DNA from: Mycobacteriales bacterium
GTDB lineage: Bacteria; Actinomycetota; Actinomycetes; Mycobacteriales; QHCD01
Direction of reading: 5' to 3'
Length of the DNA stretch: 64,000 nt
Assembly: GCA_038253135.1 (NCBI GenBank)
Contig: JBBSHJ010000003.1
Location: 5,323-69,322 of the forward strand
The notes beneath the pieces are model-generated. The model was not told the origin of the DNA, did not search any database, and worked only from the letters and a program-made list of their open reading frames with translations. Each line of letters opens with the position of its first letter. Within the stretch, counting starts at the first letter, position 1. Made by a program: the position numbers and the translations under genes. Shown one piece after another: positions 9,781 to 19,220 of the stretch.

Positions 9781-11211
9781 TCAGGAGTTGACGGTCTTGG
9801 TCGAGCTCGTCGCCAGCGTGTTCAGCAGGCTTTTGGCGTTGCCGCCGCCGTAGATCTGCTGCAATGCCACGGCCCAGCTCTCGGTGGTGTCGAAGAACTG
9901 TTTCTGCGGTGTGAATTGGACAGCCGTCTCGGGAATGACCCGTTCGAAGGTTTCGAGATAGCCGGGGAACTTGCCCAGCGTCTGCTTGAAGGCGCCGTCG
10001 AAGACGGATGCCCGGGTCGGGTCGGCGAAGGCGCCGGATCGCACTCCCTTGGTCATCGCCTGCTTGCTCGTGGCCCATTGGATGAAGAGCCAGGCGGCCA
10101 GCTTGTTCTTGGAGGCCGAGTTCATGGCGAGCGACCAGGTCCACAGATTGGTCTTGTAGCTGCCGCCGGGTCCGTGCGGACCCGGGTGCCAGGCCAGGTG
10201 ACCGGCCTCGCGGCTGGCACCGGGCTTGTTCTTCGGGTAGGTCGCGCTGTCGGCGTCGAAGACCATGGCCGCCACGCCGTTGCCGAGGTCGGTCGTGCAG
10301 TTGGGATAGTCGTACGTCGTCCACGAAGCCGGGCCGGAGCGTTTGGCCAGCTCGGCCCACGTCTGGTGGAAGGCAACCGACTTCTCGCTGTTCATCGTCG
10401 CGGTCAGCTTGTCGCCGCGCACCGTGTAGTCCTCGCAGCCCTCCCGGGAGAACATCGTCATGAAGCCGGGGTGGATGGTCGCCCATGATTTCGAGCCGCG
10501 AAATGCGATGCCGTACCGGTTCGCCTTGCGGTCGGTGAGGTCGGCGGCGAGCTGGACCAGATTGGGCAGGGTGTCGGCGGGCTTGATCCCTCGCTTGTCG
10601 AAAAGCGCCTTGTTGTAGCAGATGACGTTGGTCTCGAACCCCCATGGAATCGCCCACTGGCCACCGAAACCGAGTGGCGACCCGGTCTTGAAATCCCACC
10701 GCGTCGCCTTGCGGAGGCCGGGGTAGATGTCCTCGAAATCGTAGTCCGCACTGGTCGCCGACGAGTTCTGGATCCACGGATAGAGATCCTCCATCCATCC
10801 CGGCGGCCCGTACTGCCAGATGAAGTAGGCACCGGTCATGAAGACGTCATGCGTCCCGGCGCCCCCCGCGAGCTCGGTATTGAGCTTGGTGAAATAGTCG
10901 GCCTCCGCCACCAGCTCGGGTTTGACCTTGATCCCGGTCAGTCGGGTGAATTCTTTCAATAACGGCGAGAAGGTCTGCTGGTAGGGGTGTGGTGTCTGCA
11001 GGATCCGCAGCGTCTTGCCCGACTCCCGCTTCCAGTCGAAGGCTCCGGTCACGTCGTTCGCCGCGCTGCCACCGCCACCGCCTGAGGCGCCGCCGCTCTC
11101 GACGACGCAGCCGGCGGCCAGCGGCGCCGCGGCGAGCGTGGCGCCGCCGATGCCGAGGCGCTTGAGCGCCGTGCGTCGTGAGATCTGGGCCGAGTGGGTC
11201 GGTCCGTTCAT
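9781..11211 (-). CDS. extracellular solute-binding lipoprotein (CUT1 family)
   Basis: Last 476 codons of track ORF 9781..12180; start MNGPTHSAQISRRTALKRLGIGGATLAAAPLAAGC. This gives a twin-arginine-like signal plus the lipobox LAAGC. The remainder is SBP-like. Confidence 0.85.
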   Translation of the reverse strand: MNGPTHSAQISRRTALKRLGIGGATLAAAPLAAGCVVESGGASGGGGGSAANDVTGAFDWKRESGKTLRILQTPHPYQQTFSPLLKEFTRLTGIKVKPELVAEADYFTKLNTELAGGAGTHDVFMTGAYFIWQYGPPGWMEDLYPWIQNSSATSADYDFEDIYPGLRKATRWDFKTGSPLGFGGQWAIPWGFETNVICYNKALFDKRGIKPADTLPNLVQLAADLTDRKANRYGIAFRGSKSWATIHPGFMTMFSREGCEDYTVRGDKLTATMNSEKSVAFHQTWAELAKRSGPASWTTYDYPNCTTDLGNGVAAMVFDADSATYPKNKPGASREAGHLAWHPGPHGPGGSYKTNLWTWSLAMNSASKNKLAAWLFIQWATSKQAMTKGVRSGAFADPTRASVFDGAFKQTLGKFPGYLETFERVIPETAVQFTPQKQFFDTTESWAVALQQIYGGGNAKSLLNTLATSSTKTVNS

Positions 11212-11288
11212 GTGCGATCTCCTCTCTTGCGCCGCCGGACCGGAACGAGGAGCTCGTCGGCCCGCGGATCGATCGGAGGTGCCGTCGG

Positions 11289-12353
11289 CTAGCCGGGAAT
11301 GAGGCTGACCTTCACCGACGAGGTGCCTTCGGACACGAGGTCCAGCCCTTTCTGGAAGTCGGGCAGTGGGAGCTGGTGGGTGCAGATTTCGGTCATGGGC
11401 AGCCGCCCGGACTCGATCATGCGAATGGCCGCGGGCCAGCAATGCGGTCCGAGGTGCGCACCGCGGACTTCCAGCTCCTTGTCGTCGGAGATGATGCTCC
11501 AGTCGACCGTGGCGGGAGCCCCGAAGACGCCGTACTCCACATAGGTCCCGAGCTTGCGCAGCAGGTTGATCCCCTGCCCGACCGCGGCGGGATGCCCCGT
11601 GCCCTCGATGTAGACGTCGGCGCCGTACCCGTCGGTCAGGTCCAGGATCCGTTGCTGTATGTCGTCCTTGCCGACCTGCAAGGTGATGTCGGCGCCGCAC
11701 TTGCCCGCCAGAGCAAGCTTCGAGGCCTCCACGTCGAGGGCGACGACGTGAGCCGGCGATTTCGCCGCTGCGCCGGCGATCATGCCGAGCCCGATCGGCC
11801 CGCAGCCGGCGACCACGACGACATCCTCGAAATGAATGTCGGCTCGCTCGACAGCGTGCAACGAGCACGAGAGCGGTTCGGCGAAGGCGGCGTGGTGGGG
11901 CGGAATGTCCTTGGAGACGCGGTGCACCAGCGCTTCGGCCGGAAACACCATGTACGAGGCCATCGCGCCCGGAGTGCGCCTTTTGAAACCATAGATATCG
12001 TGCGGGGCGCACATCCAGTACTGCCCCCGCAGGCAGTAACGGCACTTCCAGCACGGCACGATCTGCTCCGAGACCACCCGATCGCCGACCGCGACCTTCC
12101 AGCGGGCTGCCGCCTCGTCGTCGAGCCGCACGACCGTGCCGGCGAACTCGTGCCCCGGGACCACCTCGGTCTCCGCCCACGCCGGACGGCTGTCATCGCC
12201 CCAGAACTTTGCCGCACCGTGATAGCACTTCAGGTCGCTGGCACAGATGCCGACCGCCTCGACGCGAACCAGCGCCTCGCCCGGACCGGGCGTGGGGACG
12301 GGGATCTCCTCGAGCCGGTAATCCTCCGGTCCATGGCAAATGACGGCTTGCAT
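11289..12353 (-). CDS. zinc-dependent polyol dehydrogenase (MDR family; erythritol/L-threitol-dehydrogenase-like by context)
   Basis: Track ORF 11289..12389; likely start MQAVICHG at 12353. Catalytic Zn motif GHEFAG and structural Zn cluster CWKCRYCLRGQYWMC. Rossmann loop VVVAGCGPIGLG. Confidence 0.85.
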   Translation of the reverse strand: MQAVICHGPEDYRLEEIPVPTPGPGEALVRVEAVGICASDLKCYHGAAKFWGDDSRPAWAETEVVPGHEFAGTVVRLDDEAAARWKVAVGDRVVSEQIVPCWKCRYCLRGQYWMCAPHDIYGFKRRTPGAMASYMVFPAEALVHRVSKDIPPHHAAFAEPLSCSLHAVERADIHFEDVVVVAGCGPIGLGMIAGAAAKSPAHVVALDVEASKLALAGKCGADITLQVGKDDIQQRILDLTDGYGADVYIEGTGHPAAVGQGINLLRKLGTYVEYGVFGAPATVDWSIISDDKELEVRGAHLGPHCWPAAIRMIESGRLPMTEICTHQLPLPDFQKGLDLVSEGTSSVKVSLIPG

Positions 12354-12590
12354 GGTGTCCACTGGTTCGCCTCGCATCCAGGTCCGCATTCCCGTACCGG
12401 CGTCACTCTACGAGGGCGCTGAACAGGTGTCCAGGACACGTGTGCACGCAGTGTGATGGCCCTGGCGGCAGCTGCCCTCCAGCGGTCAAGGCGATCGGTA
12501 TCGGTAGCGAACTCACCCTCGGAGTGCGAAAGTGAGCGGGGCCGCGTTGCACAGATGTGCACGGGCATTCGTTCAACCGGAGGTGTCGGA

Positions 12591-13580
12591 GTGGCCGGTG
12601 CTCCCGGGTCTGACGGTCACGCCCGGTTCGCGCCGGGGCTGATGCACACCGCCGCGTCGCTCTACTACGAGCACGATGCAACGCAAGCCGAGATCGCCGC
12701 GCGGCTCGGCACGTCGCGGGCGACCGTGAGCAGGCTGCTCGCCGAAGCGCGCCGCAGCGGAATCGTGCGCATCGATGTGCGGGCGCCGGAAGAGACTGAC
12801 GATTCCGGACTCGCCGCGGACGTTGCCGGTGCGCTCGGCATTCCCGAGGCGTACGTCGTGCCGTCCGCGCCGCAGCGCCCGCCGGGCCGGGTCCTCGCGC
12901 CCGCGCTGGCCGGCGCATTGCGGGCCGTCGGTCTCCAGCCCGGCGATGTGCTCCTGGTCTCCTCGGGACGCACGATCTACGAGGCGTCGGCCGAGCGATT
13001 GCCGCGGCTGCCCGGCGTAGTCGTCGTGCCCACCGTCGGCGGCCAGGACGAGCCCGAAGCGTGGTACCAGACCAATGAGATCGTCCGGCGGGTCGCGGCG
13101 GCGGTGTCCGGGACGCCAAAGTTCCTTTACGCGCCGGCCCTGCCCGGCCGCGACGTTTACCAAGCATTGTTGGGGGAGCCGTCGATTCGCGGTGTGCTCG
13201 AATTGTGGCACCACGCCCAGTGCGCCGTGCTCGGGATCGGGGCACCACTCCTCTTGCGAGATTCGTTGCCCCGCTTCGTCCCGGCCGATGCAACCGCGCT
13301 GCGATCGGCCGTTGCCGACGTGTGCAGCCGCTTCTATGATCGCGAGGGCGCGTCGGTGCCGTTTCCCGGACTGGACCGGTTGGTGGCGACGTCGTTCGAG
13401 GCGCTGCAATCGACGCCGGTGAGCATCGGGGTCGCGGCCGGCGAGACGAAGGTGCAAGGGATCATCGCCGGCGCACGCAAAGGGTACTTCAACCGGCTGG
13501 TCACCGATTCGGAGACGGCCTCGGGAATAATCCTCGCCGTAAAGAATCCGCAAAACAAACCGGCCGCGCGCCGATCCTGA
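12591..13580 (+). CDS. SorC-family sugar-binding transcriptional regulator
   Basis: Track ORF 12453..13580. HTH region ASLYYEHDATQAEIAARLGTSRATVSRLLAEARRSGIV followed by a sugar-phosphate-binding domain. I prefer the GTG at 12591, which has GGAGG 7 nt upstream. 12453 and 12555 are alternative starts. Confidence 0.8.
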   Translation: MAGAPGSDGHARFAPGLMHTAASLYYEHDATQAEIAARLGTSRATVSRLLAEARRSGIVRIDVRAPEETDDSGLAADVAGALGIPEAYVVPSAPQRPPGRVLAPALAGALRAVGLQPGDVLLVSSGRTIYEASAERLPRLPGVVVVPTVGGQDEPEAWYQTNEIVRRVAAAVSGTPKFLYAPALPGRDVYQALLGEPSIRGVLELWHHAQCAVLGIGAPLLLRDSLPRFVPADATALRSAVADVCSRFYDREGASVPFPGLDRLVATSFEALQSTPVSIGVAAGETKVQGIIAGARKGYFNRLVTDSETASGIILAVKNPQNKPAARRS

Positions 13581-13632
13581 AATCGGCTTGCCGGTGGGTC
13601 GCACCGTCACCGGTATCGGATAACCTGGGACG

Positions 13633-14514
13633 GTGCATATCGCTTCCTCCCGGCGGGCATTACTCGGCGGTGGCCTCGCACTCGCGGCCGCGGGCCTGGC
13701 CGGGTGCGCCAAGGCCAAGCGCACCCATTCGGCCCAGGTCACCAGGTCGAGCGCCACTGCCGCGCCGGCCACGTCATCCGGGGACGGCGACGCGAGCACG
13801 GCACCGGCACATTCCAAACCGCCTGGTCCGACCAGGTCGACCAGCACCGGACGAACGACCGAGGCCACAACGCCGCCGCAGACGACCCGCCGTCCCGCAG
13901 CGCCCGTGCCCGGCGGACCGGCCCGGCAGATCGACCGAGGCCCGACCAGGAAGGCGCAAGTAGCCCTGACCTTCCACGGAGCCGGGGATGTCGGCCTGGC
14001 CCGGCAGATCCTGCGGATCGCGCAGCACAAGCACGCAAGGATCACGGTCATGGTGGTCGGCACCTGGCTGCAGCAGAATCCCGGCATCGCGCGCGAAATC
14101 CTCGCGCACGGGCATGAGGTCGGCAATCACACCTGGTCGCACCGGAACATCAACGAACTACCCGAGGACGAGATGCGGCAAGAGGTGACGCGTTGCCGCG
14201 ACCTGCTCCTTCGCGACGCCGGGACCTTCGGCCGGTATTTCCGCCAATCGCAGTCGAAGATCGCAACGCCGCTCATGCGCCGCGTCGCCGGCGCCGCCGG
14301 TTACCGGGTCTGCTTGTCGTACGACGTCGACTCGCTGGACTGGACCGACCCTGGCGCCACCGAGGTTCGCAAGAACCTTGAGGCGGCCCGGCCGGGGTCG
14401 ATCGTCAGCATGCATCTCGGTCATCAGGACACCGTCGACGCCTTGCCGGCGATCCTGGACGACCTCGCCGCCCGGCGACTGATGCCGGTCACCGTGGGCA
14501 CACTGCTCGGCTGA
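13633..14514 (+). CDS. polysaccharide deacetylase (NodB-homology) lipoprotein with a variant motif 1
   Basis: 293-aa track ORF with a GTG start. Signal RRALLGGGLALAAAGLAGC (lipobox), then a Pro/Thr-rich linker. NodB motif 2 HEVGNHTWSH is present, but motif 1 reads LTFHGAG instead of TFDDG. Confidence 0.8.
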   Translation: MHIASSRRALLGGGLALAAAGLAGCAKAKRTHSAQVTRSSATAAPATSSGDGDASTAPAHSKPPGPTRSTSTGRTTEATTPPQTTRRPAAPVPGGPARQIDRGPTRKAQVALTFHGAGDVGLARQILRIAQHKHARITVMVVGTWLQQNPGIAREILAHGHEVGNHTWSHRNINELPEDEMRQEVTRCRDLLLRDAGTFGRYFRQSQSKIATPLMRRVAGAAGYRVCLSYDVDSLDWTDPGATEVRKNLEAARPGSIVSMHLGHQDTVDALPAILDDLAARRLMPVTVGTLLG

Positions 14515-14532
14515 GGGTCGGATCGCCCGGTC

Positions 14533-15831
14533 TCAGCGGGTGATGCCGGTATGGCCCAGGCAATAGCGCCCGGGTATCGGCATCAATGCCATGCCGTGTG
14601 GACCGCGACCGACGGGAATCTTGCGGATGAGACGACCGGTACGGGTGTCGAGGACATACACGACATTGTTGTATCGGCCGGATACCCACAGTTGCGATCC
14701 ATCGGCGCTGACGTTCCCCATGTCCGGGCTGCCGCCGCCCGGGATGTGCCACTTGGTCTCGACCCGGCCGGTGTACGCGTCGAGAACGCTGACGCTTCCT
14801 TCGAGCCGATTCGTGACGAAAAGCCGTTTCGAGTCGCGGCTCAGATACAAGCCGTGCGCACCCTTCCCGGTGGCGATGTGCCGGATCACCTTGGTGGCCG
14901 CACCGTTGAGCACCCACACGCCGTTGGACTGTGAATCGGCGATGTAGTAGGAGTGCCCGTCCGGCGCGAGCCGGATGTCTTGCGGCCCCATCATCGTGTT
15001 CCTGACCGGCATGTTGACCAATCGGATCAATCGATGGGTGCGGACGTCGATAACGGCTACGCGACCGGCGAATTCACACGTGAACACCGCCGTCCGGCCG
15101 TCGAGGCTGTAGTCGGCATGATCGACGCCGCGGCAACCCGGTAGCGGTGTGATGTCGTGGACCTTCCACGTCTTCGGGTCGTACCAGACCAACTCGCGCA
15201 TTCGTTCGGCCACCGAGATGGCGTACCTGCCGTCGGGGCTGAAATACATGTTGTAGGGGTCGATGATCGGTATCGTGCGGCCACAACGGCCGGTCCGAGG
15301 GTCGATTTGCCTGATGCGATTCCCGAGATCGCTGGTCGCGTAAAGCTCGCTCAGGTCGTACGACGGGACGACGTGCTGGAGTTCGCTGCCAACCTTGCAC
15401 TTGCGTACGACCGCGAAGGTGCGCTGGTCGATCACCCAGACATCACCGGACTTGTTGTGCGGCACGTACGCGTACGCCGGGTCCCGTCGCACGGACGGGA
15501 GAAGCTTGTTCGCGCCCGCATCGGCGTAGACGTTGTGCGCGTTGCTCACCGCGGGCATTCTCAGCTGCGCCTTACCCCGCGAGGCCGGGGCAGTGATGCG
15601 ATCGCGGGATGGGCGTGGTGTGGCGGGGCGCGACGACGGCGACTCGGACCGGCTGGTGTCCGCATGCGGGGCGGAGGGGCTGGATTTCCCGGCGGTCGCC
15701 GCCGCCGCGGACGAGGTGGCCGGCGTCGGCTTCGGGACCGCGCGGCTCGACGCCGCGGAGCAACCGGCCAGGGCGGTGGCGCCGACAAGCGCCGCGGCCG
15801 CCAGCAGGCGGCTGCGCCGTCGTACCGTCAT
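14533..15831 (-). CDS. YncE/YVTN-type beta-propeller lipoprotein
   Basis: 432-aa track ORF. Signal RLLAAAALVGATALAGC (lipobox), then a Ser/Pro-rich linker. Repeated blades follow (SPDGRYA, APDGHSYY, LSRDSKRLFVTN, SADGSQLWVS). Confidence 0.75.
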   Translation of the reverse strand: MTVRRRSRLLAAAALVGATALAGCSAASSRAVPKPTPATSSAAAATAGKSSPSAPHADTSRSESPSSRPATPRPSRDRITAPASRGKAQLRMPAVSNAHNVYADAGANKLLPSVRRDPAYAYVPHNKSGDVWVIDQRTFAVVRKCKVGSELQHVVPSYDLSELYATSDLGNRIRQIDPRTGRCGRTIPIIDPYNMYFSPDGRYAISVAERMRELVWYDPKTWKVHDITPLPGCRGVDHADYSLDGRTAVFTCEFAGRVAVIDVRTHRLIRLVNMPVRNTMMGPQDIRLAPDGHSYYIADSQSNGVWVLNGAATKVIRHIATGKGAHGLYLSRDSKRLFVTNRLEGSVSVLDAYTGRVETKWHIPGGGSPDMGNVSADGSQLWVSGRYNNVVYVLDTRTGRLIRKIPVGRGPHGMALMPIPGRYCLGHTGITR

Positions 15832-15906
15832 CCGCGACCTCCCTGGTAGTGGGCCGGGCGCCCGCAGGAATACTACATTGGTGTAGTAGGTGTGAGCACG
15901 GCGGCG

Positions 15907-18540
15907 TCAGAGATCGCGCAGCTCGCGGGGCCCGGCCCGACCGGCCAGCCGCCCGAAGACGATGAGGATCGCCTCGCTGCAGACCGCCACGCTACCGAGG
16001 AGCACCGCGAGATAGCCCAGCGGCACCGTCAAACCTGTCGGCGGCGGATCGAAGATGCCCGTGAGCACCTTGACCAGCAGGTAGGCGATCGCGGTGCCGA
16101 TCACCGCGCCGCCGAGCGCGCCGCCGAGAACCAGTGCCCGGGCCTCGACATTCAGGAACCGGACCCGCTGCCGCGCGGACGCGCCCAGTGCCGCGAGCAG
16201 GACGAGTCCGCGCCGCCGCTCGGTGATTCCGAGCGCCAACGCCAGCGCGGAGCAGGCCAGCGCCAGCACCAGCCCGAACCCGAGCTCGAGGCGGGACAGC
16301 CCGGTGAGGTCCGTGTGCGCGAGGCCGGACGCCGACGCCACGGTGGCCCGATCGGTCTTGACGTCGTGCACCTGCGCGCCGGGAGGCAGGTGGGCGCGCA
16401 GCGCGCGGGCGGTCGCCGGGGGATCGCCGGACGTGAACAGGAACGTGCTGACGGCGGCGGAGCCGGTGACCTTGGTGAGGTACGACGCGTTGGCAATGAT
16501 GAAACTGTCCTTGGGTGCCGTGGGGAATTCCTTCACCACGCCGACGACGTGGAAGGTCATCGCCCGGTAGCGGTGGCTGCGGCCGGACTGGAGCCGCAAG
16601 CGCACCTCGTCGCCGGGGTGCAGCTGGTAGTCGTGAATGGTCTCGGCCGACAGCAGCGCCCCGTCCGGCGTCTTGGCGAGCGAGGACAGGGCGGCCTTGA
16701 TCGTCGAGCCCGGCACGAAGGAATCCAGCAGCGGGGCGACCCGGCCGATGCTGCCCGGGCGGATCCCGTAGAGGTCCTGCAGGTCGGCTCCGACGTAGGC
16801 AAGGCGATGCTGCAGCGGCTCGACCGCCTGCACTCCGGGCGCGCTCGCATACTCGTGCCCCGGTACCGGGCGGGCGGAGGAGCCGGGTGGCGCGGTCACC
16901 GCAACATCGGCGCCAACGGTGAGCGCGACGTCGAGATTCGCCTGCCGGTCGTAGGTCGCCGTGAAGATGGCCGTGGAGGTGGCCAGGCCGAGGGCGACCG
17001 CCAGGCCCACCGCGCCGCGGGTGATCGCTCGGCTCCGGTAACGGACCGTGGCGGCTTCGAGCTCGGGAGCCCGACCGGGTCGGGATAACGTGAGCCGGCC
17101 GTTGCGGTGGGACAGGACCGCGAGGCCGATCCGCCAGATCAGCAGGGCGAGTCCGGGCCAGGCCAGAGCGGGCCCGAGCAGCGCTGCATAGTTCACCGAC
17201 GCCACCGGAACGCCCTCGGGAACCACCACCACCTGGTAGCCGCTGCGGGCGGTGAGCCAGAAGACGATTCCGGCCGCGACCAGGAAGACGACATCCAGCC
17301 CCAACCGCAGCGGCCACGGCAGGCCGACCGGCGGCGAGTGCACCGCGGCCGCGCTGATCGTGTCGACGCGGGGCCGGATCGCCGCGCGGAGCACGGGCCC
17401 GAGCTGCGTGAGCGCCGCGAGCGCGAGCCCGGCCCCGGCCGCGATCGCGGTCCATCCGGCCGAGAGGTGGGCGCCCGCCGGGAGTGCCGCGTGGATGGCA
17501 AGCACGCCGAGAGGTACGCCGAGCCCGATCCCGATCGCGCTGGTGAGCAGCGACTCCGCGCCCGCGAGCCGCAGCAGTTGGCTCGGGCGGGCACCGCGCA
17601 GCCGTAACAACGCCACCTCGCGGCGCCGCCGCTCCCCGCGGAGGGCCACGACCAGCGCCGCGGCGATGGCGGCGAGGGCCAAGCCGGGAACGCCCAGCAA
17701 CAGCAGGAGCAGCTGGGCGTAGATCGCGTCCTCGCGGGCGGCCGAGAGCGCGGCCCCGAGGTTGTCGCCCACCAGGGCGCCGCCGGCCACCTGCGCCTGG
17801 AAGTGGTGGACCCGTTGCGTGAGCAGGGTGGCGGCCGCCGCCGGGTCGGACGGCAGCCCGCGATGCGAGAACAGCACGTGGTACTGCTGGATCACCGTGC
17901 CGCCCGCCGTGAGGTCGGCGAAGCGGTCCGGGGGCACGAGGACGACATTGTCCGGCGGCGCGGTGGCCCCGGACCCCGGCGCGGTGCCGACGACCTGGAA
18001 GAAGCTGTCGGCCTGGGGCAGGTCGACGACCCCGTCGACGCCGACGGACCGGGCGGACTGATGGGGAAGGGTGACGGTGATCCTGCTGCCCGGCCCGGCG
18101 GCCAGGTTGGCCGCGGTCTGCTGCTGCAGCAGCACGCCCTGGCGCGCGCCGAGCAGGTAGCGGATCTCCGCCGGCGCGGCGCGGGCGTAGGCGGGCGGGA
18201 GGGCGACGACGTACGCCGTCCCCGTGGTGCGGACGCCGGTCGCGTTGCTGGAGGCGAGCGCGGGAACGCGCGCCAGCTCGACGGGAAGGACCGTGCGCAC
18301 GCCCGGCGTGCCGCGCAGCGCGGCCGCGACGCTGCCGGGCTGCCCCTGGGGCGTGACCTGCACCTGCCAGTCGACGGGAACGCCCGCCGCGGCGCGCGTC
18401 GTCAGCCCCGCCTTGCTCTCGCTGATGAACGCCCCGAGCGCCGCGATGAACGCGACGGCTACCGCCAGGCTCGCTCCGGCGCCGAACAGCGCCACCGGGC
18501 GCCGGCGGATGAGGCCGGCCAGCCAACTGAGCGTTCTCAT
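15907..18540 (-). CDS. ABC transporter permease with two FtsX domains (877 aa)
   Basis: Last 877 codons of track ORF 15907..19590; start MRTLSWLAGLIRRRP at 18540, in frame. Large extracytoplasmic loops and two 4-TM FtsX-like bundles. The start overlaps the stop of the upstream ATPase. Confidence 0.85.
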   Translation of the reverse strand: MRTLSWLAGLIRRRPVALFGAGASLAVAVAFIAALGAFISESKAGLTTRAAAGVPVDWQVQVTPQGQPGSVAAALRGTPGVRTVLPVELARVPALASSNATGVRTTGTAYVVALPPAYARAAPAEIRYLLGARQGVLLQQQTAANLAAGPGSRITVTLPHQSARSVGVDGVVDLPQADSFFQVVGTAPGSGATAPPDNVVLVPPDRFADLTAGGTVIQQYHVLFSHRGLPSDPAAAATLLTQRVHHFQAQVAGGALVGDNLGAALSAAREDAIYAQLLLLLLGVPGLALAAIAAALVVALRGERRRREVALLRLRGARPSQLLRLAGAESLLTSAIGIGLGVPLGVLAIHAALPAGAHLSAGWTAIAAGAGLALAALTQLGPVLRAAIRPRVDTISAAAVHSPPVGLPWPLRLGLDVVFLVAAGIVFWLTARSGYQVVVVPEGVPVASVNYAALLGPALAWPGLALLIWRIGLAVLSHRNGRLTLSRPGRAPELEAATVRYRSRAITRGAVGLAVALGLATSTAIFTATYDRQANLDVALTVGADVAVTAPPGSSARPVPGHEYASAPGVQAVEPLQHRLAYVGADLQDLYGIRPGSIGRVAPLLDSFVPGSTIKAALSSLAKTPDGALLSAETIHDYQLHPGDEVRLRLQSGRSHRYRAMTFHVVGVVKEFPTAPKDSFIIANASYLTKVTGSAAVSTFLFTSGDPPATARALRAHLPPGAQVHDVKTDRATVASASGLAHTDLTGLSRLELGFGLVLALACSALALALGITERRRGLVLLAALGASARQRVRFLNVEARALVLGGALGGAVIGTAIAYLLVKVLTGIFDPPPTGLTVPLGYLAVLLGSVAVCSEAILIVFGRLAGRAGPRELRDL

Positions 18541-19220
18541 CGGAGGGCCGCCGCGCGGAGCCGGCCGTCGGTAAGGACGGCATGGTCGGTGAGCAGGCCG
18601 GCCAGCTCGAGGTCGTGAGTGGCGAGGACGAGTGATCCGCCGGTGGTGGCGACGGCATCGCGCAGCGCCGTCAGGACGCCGAAGGCGTGCTCGCGATCGA
18701 GCGCACCGGTCGGCTCGTCGGCGAGCACCAGTCGGGGGCGGCCGGCAAGGACGCGCGCGATGGCGACCCGCTGCTGCATGCCGCCGGAGAGCTGCGCCGG
18801 GAGCGCGGCTGCGGCATCGCCGAGGTCGACGATCTCCAGTGCGTCGGTGGCGAGCGCCGCGGCCGACGCGACGCTGCTGCCGCGCAGGCGCAACGGCAGC
18901 GCCACGTTCTGTGCGGCGGTCAGTTCGGGCAGCAGCGAGGGGGCCTGGAAGACCATTCCGATCTGCGCCCTGCGCCGGCCGGGATCGCTCGCGAGACCCG
19001 GCCACCGCACGACGCCGGCGTCGGGGCGGAGCAGACCGGCGAGGACCAGCAGGAGCGTCGTCTTGCCGCTTCCCGATCGCCCGGTGATGGCGAGCTCGGC
19101 ACCGGCGTCGACGGCCAGGGTGACGTCGGCGAGGACGCGGGTCGGGCCGAAGTCGAGCTGGAGCCCGGCGGCCTCGACCACCGGCCCGTGATCCGTCCGG
19201 CGGTGTGCTGCGTCGGTCAT
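18537..19220 (-). CDS. ABC transporter ATP-binding protein (MacB/LolD-like)
   Basis: Last 227 codons of track ORF 18537..19712; start MTDAAHRRT. Walker A GRSGSGKTT, signature LSGGMQQRVAIARVL, Walker B LVLADEPTGALD. Confidence 0.85.
   Translation of the reverse strand: MTDAAHRRTDHGPVVEAAGLQLDFGPTRVLADVTLAVDAGAELAITGRSGSGKTTLLLVLAGLLRPDAGVVRWPGLASDPGRRRAQIGMVFQAPSLLPELTAAQNVALPLRLRGSSVASAAALATDALEIVDLGDAAAALPAQLSGGMQQRVAIARVLAGRPRLVLADEPTGALDREHAFGVLTALRDAVATTGGSLVLATHDLELAGLLTDHAVLTDGRLRAAALR

Noticed and set aside
12453-12590. Upstream extension of the SorC regulator ORF (MMALAAAALQRSRRSVSV...).
   Set aside because: The extension is low-complexity and overlaps the palindromic control region. 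A GTG with a GGAGG RBS at 12591 gives a normal-length N-terminus.
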